Shown: positions 48,465 through 62,394 of the stretch, in pieces
How positions within the stretch are numbered: the first letter of the stretch is position 1
Layout of the letters: the number at the start of each line of letters is the position of its first letter
NCBI GenBank assembly: GCA_973895155.1
Contig: OZ316895.1
Location: forward strand, 2,653,659 to 2,717,658
DNA from: Marsupella aquatica
Lineage: Eukaryota > Plantae > Marchantiophyta
Length of the DNA: 64,000 nt
Direction: 5' to 3'
Position numbers and translations under genes: made by a program
Notes under the pieces: model-generated
What the model was told of the DNA's origin: nothing
Databases searched by the model: none
The model's input: the letters and a program-made list of their open reading frames with translations, nothing else

Positions 48465-50262
48465 TAACTTACTGCCCCCTGGTATTCACTTGGCCTAGTA
48501 GCCAAAAGGTTTCATATTGTCCCTTGGTATTCTTTTGTACAATAGGTGAAGAGTTTCTTTATGGACCCCAAGGGAAATTTCTTCCAGAATCTGGAAGCAC
48601 GGGCAACCATATCAGCACTATTGGTCACAAACAAGAACAATCAATTGTGCAAGAAGAACCCCAACATGATTATATTTGTTTGGCAAGAAAAATAATTAGT
48701 CTGCCTCAATTTTTAATATTGTCATGATTTTTGTTGTATTTACAAAAATGACACGGTTTAAATATATAACTCCCCTGGTTACCTTGGGGAACTTGTTATC
48801 CATATATAAAATTGTGATATTTTTGTAAATATGAAAAAAATATAGTGACACTATTGTCAATTAGAACACCTTTAGTGACAAATTACTTAAAAACTGTTAA
48901 TTTCAATTAAACCAAATGGATCTTCTTTCTCACGGCATTTTGTATCTCATCCGAGTTCAAAATGCTCATTTCGAGGACAAAAGTACTCTAATTTGTTCTC
49001 TCTGTTCTCCATTGAATCATCTTGAAGTGAACAGCAAGCAAGGGTAAATGATTGTGTGTTGCAGGTGGAAGGAGTTACTAGTGCGCTCTGGGGGGTTGCC
49101 ATTACTGGAAAGATTCATGCTCCAGTCCCTCGCGTAAACAAAACAAATATCCACGGCCCCAACACCACTCTCACGAATACTCCGTGAGCCTCAGCCGTCG
49201 ATCGACCAGGTTTCAACTTCCGAATAAATCGGTAAATATGGGTTCCTTGGGGGCCCCACTTCAGGGTCACAGTGGGGCCCACACAGGGGCTGCCGGGATA
49301 ATAATTAGGTAGAGGGGAAGGGGCGAGGGGCAGTGACATGGACTTCGCCATAATGGCCTGCCCCGGTTGGATCGACCCAGTGCAGCCCATCTACGGTGGT
49401 CCGCCGTGGTTGGCTGGACCCATGGCCACGGAGTGACGCAATACCTTCCCTCTTGAAATGGACCTGTCTCTGAAGGCTCTGGCTGGAGTTCAGGGGATGG
49501 ATGGAATCTCGAAAGGCAAGTGAGGGTAAGGGCATGAGGGAGTGAGGGGAGGGGACTGGCTGCCGCGCCCCGAAGGGTATATAACGGGGGGTGTGCCTCT
49601 CCATTGGGCAGAGTACGCAGATTGCGAACAGAGAGCGGTTCCCTCACACAAAAGGCAAATTTCTGCTCCTCTGTGTCGAGACGAACGGAGATCGGCAGCA
49701 GCACGCAGCACCTTTACAATCTGGAACTGGAGAAGAGAGGAAGACGCATGGAGGAGCCGTTTTCTTGAGTGAAGGTGGTGAGTTGAGGTGAGGGCAGGAG
49801 GAGGCCGAAAGCTCGCCGTGGTTGGTTTCGATCTGGATAGGAAAATTTTGAATTCCAATTTCTTTGGTGGCTGTGAGTGGCCCGAGATTCGGAAGCAGGG
49901 TAGCGGATTGAGTCGTCTTCGGTGAGAGTGAGTGCGAAGGTGGAGTGAAGGGCAAGTATAGGGTAGAGTTGCGGACGGTTGACGTTGTTGCGTTGCCGAT
50001 TGGTGCATTTTGCGATGGACAATTTGTTCTTAGAGTGGAATTTGGTGGATCGGAGGCTTATGTATGGGCACAGGGGGAGGTATCGGTTTCTTAGCTGGAG
50101 AGTATGTCTTCGGCACTCGGGGTGAGCGAGAAGAGGAAGTGCAAGTTTTGGAGGTGCAAACTGGAAGTGCAATCTAGCAGGACCGGCAGGGATTTGGAAG
50201 TGATGTGAATTAGGTTAAGAGTGATTCCGGTCGCGAGGTGTTCTCTTTGTCCAAATCAATGA

Positions 50263-53200
50263 ATGTCAAGCATGGACAGGATGTTGCTCGACTTGAATTT
50301 GCCGCCGCCTCCTCATTGGTCGCCTCAAGCTGTCCGCGTGATTCCCCCGTCCGTGGACACTAGGCCTCCTTCCCCTTCTCTTGATAATGTAACTCACAAT
50401 GGTGACGCTGATCCTTTGAAGCCGAAGCTTGGGGCAGGTGATTCAGCCTCTCCAAGATGCGCGGTGAAGCAACCACTGGAGAATGGTTCTCGTCCCGACG
50501 TCGAGGCCTCGGCATCGGTTACAAGCGATCCTTGTCCGGCAATTCAAGCCGCGGAAGTTGTCCCCATAGCTAATGGTTCCGACACTGTGACCCCTGTGAC
50601 CAGCAGCAATCCAGGGAGCAGCAGCCCTTCAACAACAGGTAAACATCCGGTCGAAGTTCCGGAAAATGAGCTCAATGGGAAAGGAAGCGACTCCAGCTTG
50701 GTGTCCTCCGTACACGTCGTTAGTGACGTGGAGGACCAGGTTGAAAGGCCACCCGGTAGATCTGTACTTGAGGATTCCGATGATACAACGCCATCTGTAG
50801 CTGATGACACGTCTGGAGATCGCGGGGGTGGTGGTACCAAAGTGCACAAACGACTGAGGACACTTGGTCAATTAAGAAATAGGAAGGTGGAGAAAAATGC
50901 AGCTGCTGCGGGCCCGGAAAACACTCAAAATTTAGAAACTCTGGAAGATGAGATAGTCGGTGATCGAACCAGTGCGCATGCACGGGAGGAAGTTTTGGCA
51001 TCTGTAGTAAGCTCCCGACCTTCTATACAGTTGAGAATTAGGAAAGGAGACAAAAGTGTAACGACAAGTAACGGTGACTCAACATCGAGGAGAAACGCGT
51101 TTAGTGGTCAGATTCTAAGTGATGGCGGAAGTAGCCCAGATCGAAGCGAAGAGCAGGAGCCTTTTCTGCCATTCGGGAGGTTTGCGAAGATTCCCAGTCA
51201 ACCAAGGAGCAAGAAGACTGAGAAGCGAGCTAACTTTGTGCCACCAATTGTAGTGTCAGAGGTCAGGTATGAGGTGGTTATCGGGAAAATGGAGGCTGCC
51301 GAAAGGAAGACGTTGGACGGTGGAAGTGGGAGTGGTATTGGAAAAGCCAGCATTGGCGACAAACCGATGATCGATGCTGTTGAAGAGGGCGAAGTAGGTG
51401 TCCAAGGAGAGAAACTCGAAGAAATTAAGGAGCCGTCTCGGACGCCGTCAGATGCTGGATCTCAATCCGCAGGAATGAAGAGGTCTGGAATGGGCTTGAA
51501 AGATGCTATGCCAGGGAAAAGACGCAGGCAAACTGTACTTTTAGAAGTTGGCGAGTCACTAAAACAAGCTCGTCCTCTGAGGATTCCAACTTCGGACGGT
51601 CCGGGGGGTCGGATTGTACGAACGCGTCGTGATGTTTCGCGACCGTCCTCAAGCCAAGTGCCCGAGAAGCAAGAAAACCAAAGCAATCAGGGAGCTACGA
51701 GTTCAGGTCAAGTGGAATCCATGTCTCGGAAAGCTGAAAATGTAAATGACGAATCAGCAAAATTAGACAGAATTTCGAACTCGCAACCGATCGAGAGTAT
51801 CGGTCAATTCCGCAGACCTGTTCTCAAAAGGCAAATATCAATATTATCCGACACATCTGGGAAAGGAGTTTCCAGTTTCGGCAGAGTAGACTCTGCAAAA
51901 GGTCTGAATATTGACGAAACTCGAATCTTCAGCAATTCAGGTGACGGATCAGAGCTACAGAAACCGCGCAGAGTTCCTCGAAAGACCGATGTGAAGAAGC
52001 CGACGGGAGAACTCAAAGATGCTTCGATAGAGCGCCTTCATCGCGAGGCTACTTCTTTCAAATTGTGGCAGACTTCTGGTTTGTACCTCAGCTTAAGTAC
52101 TCTGCGTTTCGTTCTCCATTTACTGTGCGCTTTTGTTTCGTTAAAAGTCGCTTATAGTCTCTGCATCATACTGCCTATATACTCGAGAGGCTGTATTATT
52201 TTCGTCCCTTCTAAGTATGGGAACGGACGTGCATTTCAGTTCATCTGAGTGTCTCTTGTGCTGTAAATGATGGCTGGCAGTGGTTGGTGGGGTACTTTTT
52301 TTTTATCGTTCTCTTTCGGATTACAGTTGTAGTGGGCTGTTAGCAACGCGGCTAGCATCGTTTTTGTTTGGTTGAGAAGTCCTTGAATGCTCAGTGTTTT
52401 CTTGATATTCCCTGCAGAGTAAGTCGATAGCGCTTTTACTTCTATCATATAGTTGACTCGGTGCTGAAGCAGAAATTGCCCTTATAATTTGCGGTCTTTT
52501 TGGTAGTACACCCTTGGAATGTTGGCTTTTGTCACAGCATTCACCACTGGATTTTTGTTGTAGACGAAGTACTTTGATTTCTTAGTCAGTACTGAAGACA
52601 GTAGTTGCTCACATATTTAGGAGCAGCAATCTCTTTTCTCGGTAAGGCCCAAGGATTCTGGTACTCAATTGCTTGATCTCTGAGGGGCGTTGTCCAGTGG
52701 GATGCGTGAGCTGAGGCACTCAATTTGGGGAATGACATCAGGTGTGAGATGGTTCTGAGCACAATGAGGTGAGGGAACCTGATGGGGGCCTCTCGGGCAC
52801 TCGGTGCGCAGGTTTGTATGTGGCTTTGCTGTGTATCACATGTGCATGTGTGGTGGGCGGCTGCCCCGTTCAGTGAGTGTGCCGCCTCTCTATGGCAGTT
52901 CAGAAGCTGAATGAGAAGGTCGCCTGTGCACATGTTCGGACACAGTCAACTAATGGAGAAAGAAAGGCAAGGCACCATGTGCTCATGTTTGGTCTTGATA
53001 ACTGACATAAACAAGTGTGCCTGCATTCCTTGCATTTTCTTGTGGTTGTCTTATCTCCACTTCATAATGACACTCCTTCTGTTACTTGCTTTGGTAAGAA
53101 AGTAAGTTGGCACGGGAAAGTGCAATGCGCTGCGAGCTTTTATAAACAGAGTAAAATGGTTTCTCTGTTACTGGTAAAATTGTCGAAGGCATCGTATTTC

Positions 53201-56200
53201 TGTTTCGGTGGGTTTTTCTCTGGTCGCTGGGCATAGGCAAATGGCGTGTGGACGGAATGGAAAGACTAAATCTTCAGATTTTATCCGTGGATACGGGACT
53301 AACGACAACCAAATTGTGGAATGGTGCAGGTGCTACGGACCTGCAGCAAGTTCCGGGTAGATTTGATTCTGTGGAAGATTATGTTCGGGTTCTTGAGCCA
53401 TTGCTATTTGAAGAATGTCGTGCGCAACTGAACAGTTCGTGGGAGGAGCTCCTTGAGGGGAGTGTTAAGGATGCCCATGTTCCTGTCACTGTCAAGGGGG
53501 TTGAGCGACGTGAGAGAGGTAAAGTTCAAATTTGTTGCAACTTCTATGTGCTTGAGACCATATCTTTTTCACGCTGGATTTGTAAGTTTTGATTCTGGCT
53601 TCCTGTGCCATTGGTGATCTTGTAGTTCTGTACTCAGTTAGGTATGATACTGCTGGATGGTGTTCAATCTTACTAACATGTCACATCGACACTGGTAGCA
53701 GGATGGTATGACGTGGTTGTGCTTCCCGAGAATCCACACAGCAAATTCAAGTTCAAAGAGGGTGATGTTGCTGTTATTTCCACGCCTAAACCGGGATCAG
53801 GTCAGGTTCACCCTAAAAGTCCCAAAGTGCTCATTTGGTAGAAATTTTCCAGTAGATTGAAAGAACGAATGAAGTAGAAAGTTCGTGGAACCGCTAGTAG
53901 GGCAAGGGACAGAGAAGTACAAACAAGGAAGAGTCCAGTTTGTTGGTACAACTCCTCCTCGCTGATCAGCGACCTAAGCAACTGTGGTACTAAAGCATAG
54001 CTGGACATGTGTAATTCTCTCAGATTAGTGATGCTTATTGTAACTTATTGTAAGGTCGGGTATTGAGCGAGCTTTTCATGCTTTCATGGTCAAAGATTGC
54101 AGGATTTTATTGTTATTCCGTATGTAAACATATTTTTCTACAGGGTACTCAAAAGCCTGTGTTAACAGGGTGTAAGTTGTTGTCGCAGTTGGAAACCAAA
54201 AGGGGAGAATCAAAGGGTTACCCTTCAAGGAGAAAGACGGAGCAGTGTCAGGCCGCATTACTGGCATTGTTAGGAGATACTACCCAATCGACGTCCGGGA
54301 CCCTCCTGGTGCAACCTTACATTTTCATGTCTCACCAGATGAATTGGATGACGCCAGGTTTGTTTGTTGTTGCATGTGCCTCATCATTTACACTGTTTGC
54401 AAAGATATCTTTCAGATGCTGCAGATACGTCAAAGCTTGCCTGGGTGGCGGGTTTCCCCACCGTTTATTAGTGGTTTACACTCAATTTCACCTACTTTAT
54501 TAGTGAAAATCATTTCGAGGTTGGTCTGATGCTATGAGGCAGTCACCAACTTGAAATTCACCGTCTTGTCCATGATGGAAAATCTCCTGGAGTGGGACAC
54601 TCCATTTAGGGTTTGGAAAGTGAGCACTGACAATACTTTTCTGCTCAGACAGAATGATAATTATTACACTTTTGCTTTCAAGTCCTCCACACTGATTTAG
54701 TGAAGCCCTAGTGTTTGATCATACGTTTCATCGGGGTAACTGTGGGGGAGAGCTTAAATGCAGAACACGTTTTGACTTTATTGATGACGTTGTATTTAGA
54801 TGGATTGTTTTAAATGAATCGAACAATGTCCCGAGGACTGCTTCTTTGTTCTGCTAGCTTGACTCTTGTGTGCTTATTGCTGGTCCAGTAACTTATTTAC
54901 TCGAGATCACGTTAGTGAGGAGTGCACTGATCGGTATTTCTGAATGCTTGTATTTCTGTGTAGCAGTATCACAGACCCAACGACTGTCAATGGAAATGTG
55001 ATGAAAGATCTGGACCAACAAGGAGTGACCTGGTATCTAACAGTGCTGGGGGGAGTGACCACCACTCAACGTGAATACATCGCACTACATTTTCTCCAAC
55101 AATTTCACCCAAAGGTTGTTTGTTCTGTCCATCTCTCTGCCCTTAGGACAATTTAGATGTCTGGAAGCGCAAAGCTTGATCTGTACGGGCATTGCTGTGT
55201 GGCAAATGTCTAAAGTTATAGGTTTCAGGATGAAGTTGTTCCGACGGTTGACAGATTGTAAAATCATTTCTATGTATTGAATGTGGACTGCAAGACGACG
55301 GTGGAAGGATTGTAAACCGGAAGGTGTCATTACGCCGACAGTACCTAACTTGACCGGATTGTTGAATGCAGATGTTGAATGCTATATTGCAGCCTCGGCC
55401 AGAGCTGTTCCCTGGATATGCTGATCAGGAACCACCTGCTATGCCCGATTGTTTCACACCAGCTTTTGTTCAGCATCTGCATGAACATTTCAATGGTCCA
55501 CAACTCGCAGCGATTCAGTGGGCAGGTGCGCACACAGCTGCTGGTAGCGGTAGTACATTGGGGGCAGCGGGGGTTCCTAAGCAAGAACCCTGGCCATTTA
55601 CCTTAGTGCAAGGACCTCCTGGAACAGGAAAGACCCATACGGTTTGGGGTATGTTGAATGTAATTCACTTAGTACAGTATCAGCGTTATTATCAAGCACT
55701 CTTGAAGAAACTTGCCCCCAACAGTCTGACATCCGAGGAACCTCCGACCAACAATCAAGTTAGCTATGAAAATGGCTCCATCGATGATGTCCTCCAGAGG
55801 ATGGACGATAGTTTGGCTCGAATGCTACCAAAGCTGTGCCCTAAGCCTCGGATGCTTGTTTGTGCGCCTTCTAATGCTGCCACGGATGAGCTGCTATCGC
55901 GTGTCCTGGATAGAGGATTTATTGATGGCGAGATGAAAGTGTATCGCCCAGATGTCGCACGTGTAGGGTCAGATCCCTCTTCTCGGGCTGCGCAAGCTGT
56001 GTCCGTGGAGAGAAGATCAGAACAGCTACTATCAATGGGACGGGACCAAGTAGTTGGTTGGCTTCAACAGCTCAAAGGGAAGGAGATGAACTGCTCTCAA
56101 GTTATTACAAGTTTGCAAAGGGACTTGAATGAGGTAGCCACCACACGATCACAGGGGAATCTCGGGATTGATCCTGAGAAACTTGCAGCTCAAGATCAGG

Positions 56201-57896
56201 TCCGAGACACAAAGCTCCAGCAACTTGCAGCACTAGTTGAAGAGCGAGACAAAATCCTGGTTGAAATGTCACGCCTCTTTATAGTAGAAGGAAGATATCG
56301 AGCAGGTTCTCAGTATTCTCATGATGATGCCCGACAGAAATTAGAAGCCAGTTTTGCCAATGAAGCAGAGATTGTGTTTACAACAGTGTCAAGCAGTGGT
56401 CGTCGGATTTTCCAAAAGCTCGCACACGGGTTTGATATGGTGGTCATTGATGAGGCTGCCCAAGCGAGTGAGGTGGCTGTCATGCCTCCCCTCAGCCTGA
56501 GGGCGGCACGCTGTGTCTTGGTTGGTGACCCACAACAGCTACCCGCGACAGTGATTAGCAGAGTTGCTGATACAATGCAATACAGCAGAAGTCTCTTTGA
56601 GCGCTTTCAACAGGCAGGCTGTCCAGCAATTCTCCTGTCTGTCCAGTACAGGATGCACCCACAAATCCGGGATTTTCCATCTCGGTACTTTTACCAGGGT
56701 CGCCTCGTGGATAGTGAGAGTGTGAAATCGAAGCTGGATGAGGTTTACCACAAGGACCAGTTACTACAGCCGTACCTGTTTTACGATATCTCTCAAGGTC
56801 GAGAGTCACATGGTGGATCTTTGTCTTATCAAAATAAACTCGAAGCTCAAGTTGCAGTTAGATTGTATCTGCACCTTCAGAAAACAATTTCTGCTGCGGG
56901 AGTAGCTAATGTGTCGGTTGGGATGATTACGCCTTATAAGCAGCAGCTGCGATGCTTACAATCAGAATTTGAAGCTCTGGTTGGTTGTAAGGCTGATTCC
57001 AAAGGAGTGTACATAAACACAGTGGATGCTTTTCAAGGTCAAGAGCGGGATGTAATTGTGATGTCTTGTGTACGCGCATCAACTCATGGTGTGGGGTTTG
57101 TCGCTGACATTCGTCGAATGAATGTAGCACTCACTCGAGCCCGCAGGTCCCTTTGGGTAAGTTTAATCTTCCACATCTTCTCTTCACTCGTCGGTATTAT
57201 CATGTTGCAAAACTGTCTTAGTCAATTATGGGGCCCAACGTACAAGGGTGTCCTGGGGATAACCCCTTCCAATGTTGCTGTATCTATATGTACGCCAAGT
57301 GGATTTAAGAACAAGTCAAATTGGAATCCCAGGCACGGAAACAATTTTCACTGATTATAACGTAGCACAATGTTACCAGTGTAATTTCCTCAAAACATTC
57401 TCAAGGACTGACGATTGTTTAATGTGGACAGGTTATTGGTAATGCCACTGCCTTAGTCCAATCCGAGGATTGGGCGGCCCTTATTGCCGATGCAAAGACT
57501 CGAGGTTCAATTGTGGAGACATCAACATGTATTGCTCAGGGTCTTCTTCCTGACAATCCCCCCGGAGTTACAGTCCTTTCTCAGGGTGGTCAAGGATTGT
57601 TAAGGCATGCACGTCCAGGAATTCTATCATCAGGGAGAATAGAAGCCGTTTCTGCAAATGGGAGCTCCCACTTTGGCCCAGGAAGCTTCAGCACGGCTGG
57701 ATTGGGTAGAGGAAGGCAACAAGATGATGGATCCATGCATGGAGGAGATAGTGAGCGATGGCCGGTCTCTGGACACCGGGGCACAAGAGTACCCCGTGAA
57801 GGTCCAAGACTTGGTTTTAGTCAGAGGAGCCAACCTCTAGGCAGGTCTTTTGGGGGCAGGGGTACAAACTTACCTTTTCGAAGAGGCAGGGGATAG
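50263..57896 (+). CDS. SEN1/UPF1-like (DNA2/NAM7) superfamily-1 helicase. Exons ~50263-52078, 53330-53518, 53702-53800, 54189-54357, 54964-55114, 55372-57156, 57432-57896
   Basis: Walker A QGPPGTGKT, CAPSNAATDE, IDEAAQ, LVGDPQQL, QYRMHP, TVDAFQGQE, RRMNVALTRAR. Plant SEN1-like motif FDSVEDYVRVLEPLLFEECRAQ. Long disordered N-terminus and RG-rich tail. Splice phases are consistent. Confidence 0.93.
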
Positions 57897-60800
57897 TTAC
57901 AGATCACACAGAGTGCCAGGACATCTTGGCTGATATATGTAGACACTTAGGAACAAATTCTTGTAGAGCAAAAAGCTTTACTTCAACAGCCCATGCGATC
58001 CATAGAATGCAAAGGTATGGGGATTTGTTTCCCCAATTGGGCAGAAAACATTGTAAGTATTCCATATCGCCCCTCATGGTTGTTCATGGTCAGGAGGGTC
58101 AAAAGGCCCCAGGTCCTGATTTTTGTAGGTGCTAGCGTCTCTGGATGCCACGTCTTCACACCCAGGGCAGTTTTGGAGATCGTCGTTAGATGGCAGGGCC
58201 AATCACTGCATGATCTAGAACGCAGGGAGACTTCTGCGTCTGGTGACCGATGCTGCGCCTTGCCCGCTGGTACCACGAGGAGGTGCATTGCAAACGTTGT
58301 TGAAAATGCATCCGCAAGCTGGTAGCTCCTTACTCTTCTACCTTTGACAGGATTTTAGCCTGGGCCCCTAAGTTCCTGTTCCCTGCCAGTCTTTGTCTTG
58401 TACATTTGTCGAGTAGTACTGCCTTGTGAAATATTTCAATCAATCGTTCCTAAAAGAAAAGTTTTATCGCCCAAAATTTGAAGGGTACTTATTGATCTCG
58501 GACTTCCATATTAGATATTTCTTCTGTCCTTTGAATGATTGTTCAAATCTTGGGTTAATATCTCTCCTGTAGAATGCGGGGCATCTGTCGCCATGTCTTG
58601 TTTTTACGTCTGCTACCTCCAGCCTCAAGATCTTCCATCTTTACTGTGTTTCGGACTCCTGCCTTAAGTGCCTGGCTTGACATAGGGAGACCTACTTGAA
58701 GGCTATTATTTAGGACGTCTCCTGTGATGGTTTAGTGCGTTACACTGCTCTGAGCAGTGGAGCAATGAGTAAGATATGAAACAAAATCAAACAAAGGTGA
58801 GTCCAGGCTGTCGAGTGCTTGAGTGATTTCTACCTGATCTTGGTAAGATGAGCTGAGAAGAACCAGAAAAAGCATAGCTGCTCAGAGGTGAGCGATAACG
58901 CCTGTGTGTCAGACTCGTGAGTAATCGGATTGGCTTGACTGTTACGATCCATGGACAACAGCTCTGTTTGCACTCGAATACAGCAGCACAATGCTTGTAG
59001 TATACCCTCCCATTTTCTTCAACAAACTCGAGACCACTGTTGAAGAAATTTAAAATGTACATACTAATACGTTGTACTATTCTTGGCCACAAATGCCACC
59101 CACACCGTTGCTCTAAATAATCGAAAGACCTTGTAGTGCGTTCCTTAGTTTTTGTTTGTCGGGGGATCCCTGATATCTTCCTCTCAAACGTATGCTTCTT
59201 TATTCTAACTTCCCAAAGTAAAATCGGTGACAACTGAACTACTGTTTCACTCTCTAGAACTTATTCTACAAAAACTTTTCGAGGTTAGGTGCTGCTAAAA
59301 GAAATATGAAAGCAGAAAAAGGGATTGCTCTACATAATATCCAAGTAATGCCAAGGAATAGCATCACAGACATTATTGGAAACACTTTGTACTCAGTTTG
59401 CTTCCAATCCACTGACCATAGGAAGAGATGATCTGTGACTGAATCAATTTTGCTTTGCAAAATATAGATCTCCAGGATGGGTTCGACTATTTGTAACTCA
59501 GCCACACTAGAATTGATAATATGCTGAGATGTAACAGAAAGCAAAATACATATTATCAATGGAGGAGAATTTTCATCAACTGTAGGCAGAAATGCCATTC
59601 CTGTAAAATTTAAAGTGCTTTCAAATTAGCATTTCGGTTTCTGTTACGGGCTGCAATTTTCATCCAAAAAGCGTAAGACCGAATTCAGGTACTTATTTAA
59701 GCGTACCTTCGAAATAATGCAAACAATTTCCTTCGAAATTATGCAAATCCCCCGACGGTTGCTGAACTCACATGGTGCATCAGAAAAAAGCTTCCCACCA
59801 TTGCACCGGATGAGGTCTGGTGAATTCCAAAGTGAAGGCTGCGAAAATTTTCGCGAATAAACATTTGCATTCGCAGGGATGGAGGTTGAGACGATACAAT
59901 CTGAAAGGTGCAAATTCCACCCAAGGACCATCTTGAGAGTATTGAGAAAATCCGATACGACAGGAGGAAGAAGTATTCTTTTGGTTCTTGTCATTGCATT
60001 CATTACTTGGTTTAGATTATAAAGTCCTGCCTTCTTGGTATAATATTCATGAAGGTTGAGATAACTCAGACAATTTCCATAGCATTTCTGTATGTCTAGT
60101 AGGCAGAACCTGTAGGCGTTTCAGAATCGTCAGTCACAGCAAATCTATGATTGCATAGTTATGTGATTCCAAGCTTCATGCGTTGCCTGGGTGACTGTCG
60201 GTAGGATTAAAAAACCTGGAATAAGCAAACTCTTACATCAGGAGAACTAAGAGTTGCTTTGTCATTGCGTGTGGAAAAGGGCCAGCCACTACTCAAACCT
60301 TTAAAATAAGGAGTCCCATGAGATCCATATCAGAAAAATTCTTTCGTGTCAGTTGTCTGCGATAGATTTTCAACTTGCAAAGAGGCCAGGAGAGAAGTCC
60401 AGGCTTAGATGTATCCTTTAACGTACATCAGTCCACTCCGAATCATAATTTGGATCGATCATTTCTGGAAGAAAACTTTGAGGCAAGACATCGTCATTGG
60501 CGGGGCTTAGATCCGTGAGGGCCTCAAGCTCGCCGCGGCTGCCTTGCCCTGCCCTTCCATTTTGATCAACAAAGATGGACGTAAACGTGCAAACATGTTC
60601 TGTCAGTTACGGCAGGCGAATAATTACATTTCTGCATTCTCTCAGTCCTCTGACTGACATTTGACCCGTTGTTCACACTTCACTGAAACTTCAATTATAG
60701 TCCAGTCCAACACATAGAGAGGTGAGTCTATAGTGCAGGTGGTCTCAACGAAGTGTCACATGGCAGAGTACAGTGCCCAAGTAGCGATCTCTAGTAATAA

Positions 60801-62272
60801 TGTCTGGCCATGCCATCGCCCACGATGGCGGTGCTGCCATTCCGCATTGCAACTGGAAGTTTCGAGCCTTGACAAATGGATGCAATCAATAAACAGAGTA
60901 ACAGACCGTCAACGAACAGAAGAACGCGTACGCGTCCTTTTGTTGTACCTTTTGTTCCTCCTTACCCTCTTTTATCTCTGGCGTCCGGGCGAATTCGAGA
61001 GTCCGGTCTTTTATGCATCTCCAGGGACTTTGGATACCCGTACCTTTGGCGACAGTACGTAATGTGCCAATTATGAGGATTAACTCCTCGCGGAGCTGTA
61101 CAGGTCTCGACAGGCTTCGTGTGTGCCACGCGATTCCTTTGGACCATTACTTATCACGAAGTACATCCCGAATTTTCTTTGGTGTACGTTCGTGACACTG
61201 TTATCGGACGTCAGCATTATTTTGGCTAGCATCACAATAGTTTCCATCGTTCTCCATTATAATAACTCATGAATTGTATTTTGTCATTTCCAAGTTCCAA
61301 AAGCTGCCATCTCCTATTTCAGACGAATTAATGACATATTCATTAGAATAGTTGGATGTGGAGACATGTTTGGAATACACCTTTACCACATTTACAGAGC
61401 AGCCTGGATCTCGTGGAAAGATATCTCTCTAGCTTTTTACTTCAGGGAAGAGGAGCTCGCAAACGTAAAATGGACTTATGGCATGGCAAGCCGCGACTCG
61501 GAGCAATCCAGCTGCGCCTTTTGGAGGAGTTGCTACCGACTTTCCTTTCGAGCTTCTTTGGCCCAGTTTGCCCAAATCACCGATCATCATCAATAAGATG
61601 TACCCTCGATATCGTTGTTTTGTTGGAGGGCATCCGTCCTACCCAATAATTAAAGATCCGTTGTGATTGAGAGCACAATATTCCGTAGGCGGAGAGTAAA
61701 TAGGGTCCCTTAAAAGTTTCTAGTTTCCGTATCCACATGTCTAATTATTCTGCAATCGTTACTGTGTAACGAATTTCCCGTTCAATTCGGACCTTGTTCA
61801 TAGAAGTCCTCTAGCTTTCAGATGCTTTTGTATACAGATCAATTCTTTTCTACAGTTCAATACCGAGAGAGCTGTGACATTCTGTTTCTGGCCTCTTCCG
61901 GTACTGTAGCAAACCATCGTCAAGATAATTGAAGAGTGGCCACAGTGATTTACATTGCAGTTTAAGTGCGATCTGCTATCTCTCATCCTCTAAAAGATTC
62001 AATTGCCAGAAAAACCACAAAACTATCACATGAGGAGTTTGGAGCCCCTCGAGCGAATTCTCATGAGTAAGGTTGTTTCCAAAGTAATCAAGGCTCTGTA
62101 ACAGCTTATTCTTTTGCCTGCCACCTGCTGATGACCAATTGTAGGAGAGTTTGAACGACCTGGTCAAAAAAGACCAAGCATTGAGACCAAAGGGAATGCG
62201 GTGTCAATATCAGACGACAGAGACACCAAGACTAGTCAAATAGCACCAGTATCAATCTTTTCAATATTCTGC

Positions 62273-62394
62273 AATCAATTGGTATCAAAAGCTGGAGAGT
62301 TTTGTTCAATTTGGACATGCATCAAATCTTTTCAGCATCCTGCAATCAATCGGTATCAAAGCTGGAGAGTTTTGTTCAATTTGACATGCATCAA
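62273..62394. repeat. ~70-bp-period direct duplication
   Basis: CAATCAAT.GGTATCAAA(A)GCTGGAGAGTTTTGTTCAATTTG(G)ACATGCATCAA twice. Confidence 0.85.

Noticed and set aside
49115-50172. Cluster of 90-170-aa ORFs upstream of the helicase
   Set aside because: GC-rich promoter/5' UTR with no homology signal.
60411-60419. U12-type 5' splice consensus GTATCCTTT
   Set aside because: No flanking coding exons or clear TCCTTAAC branch site; probably chance.
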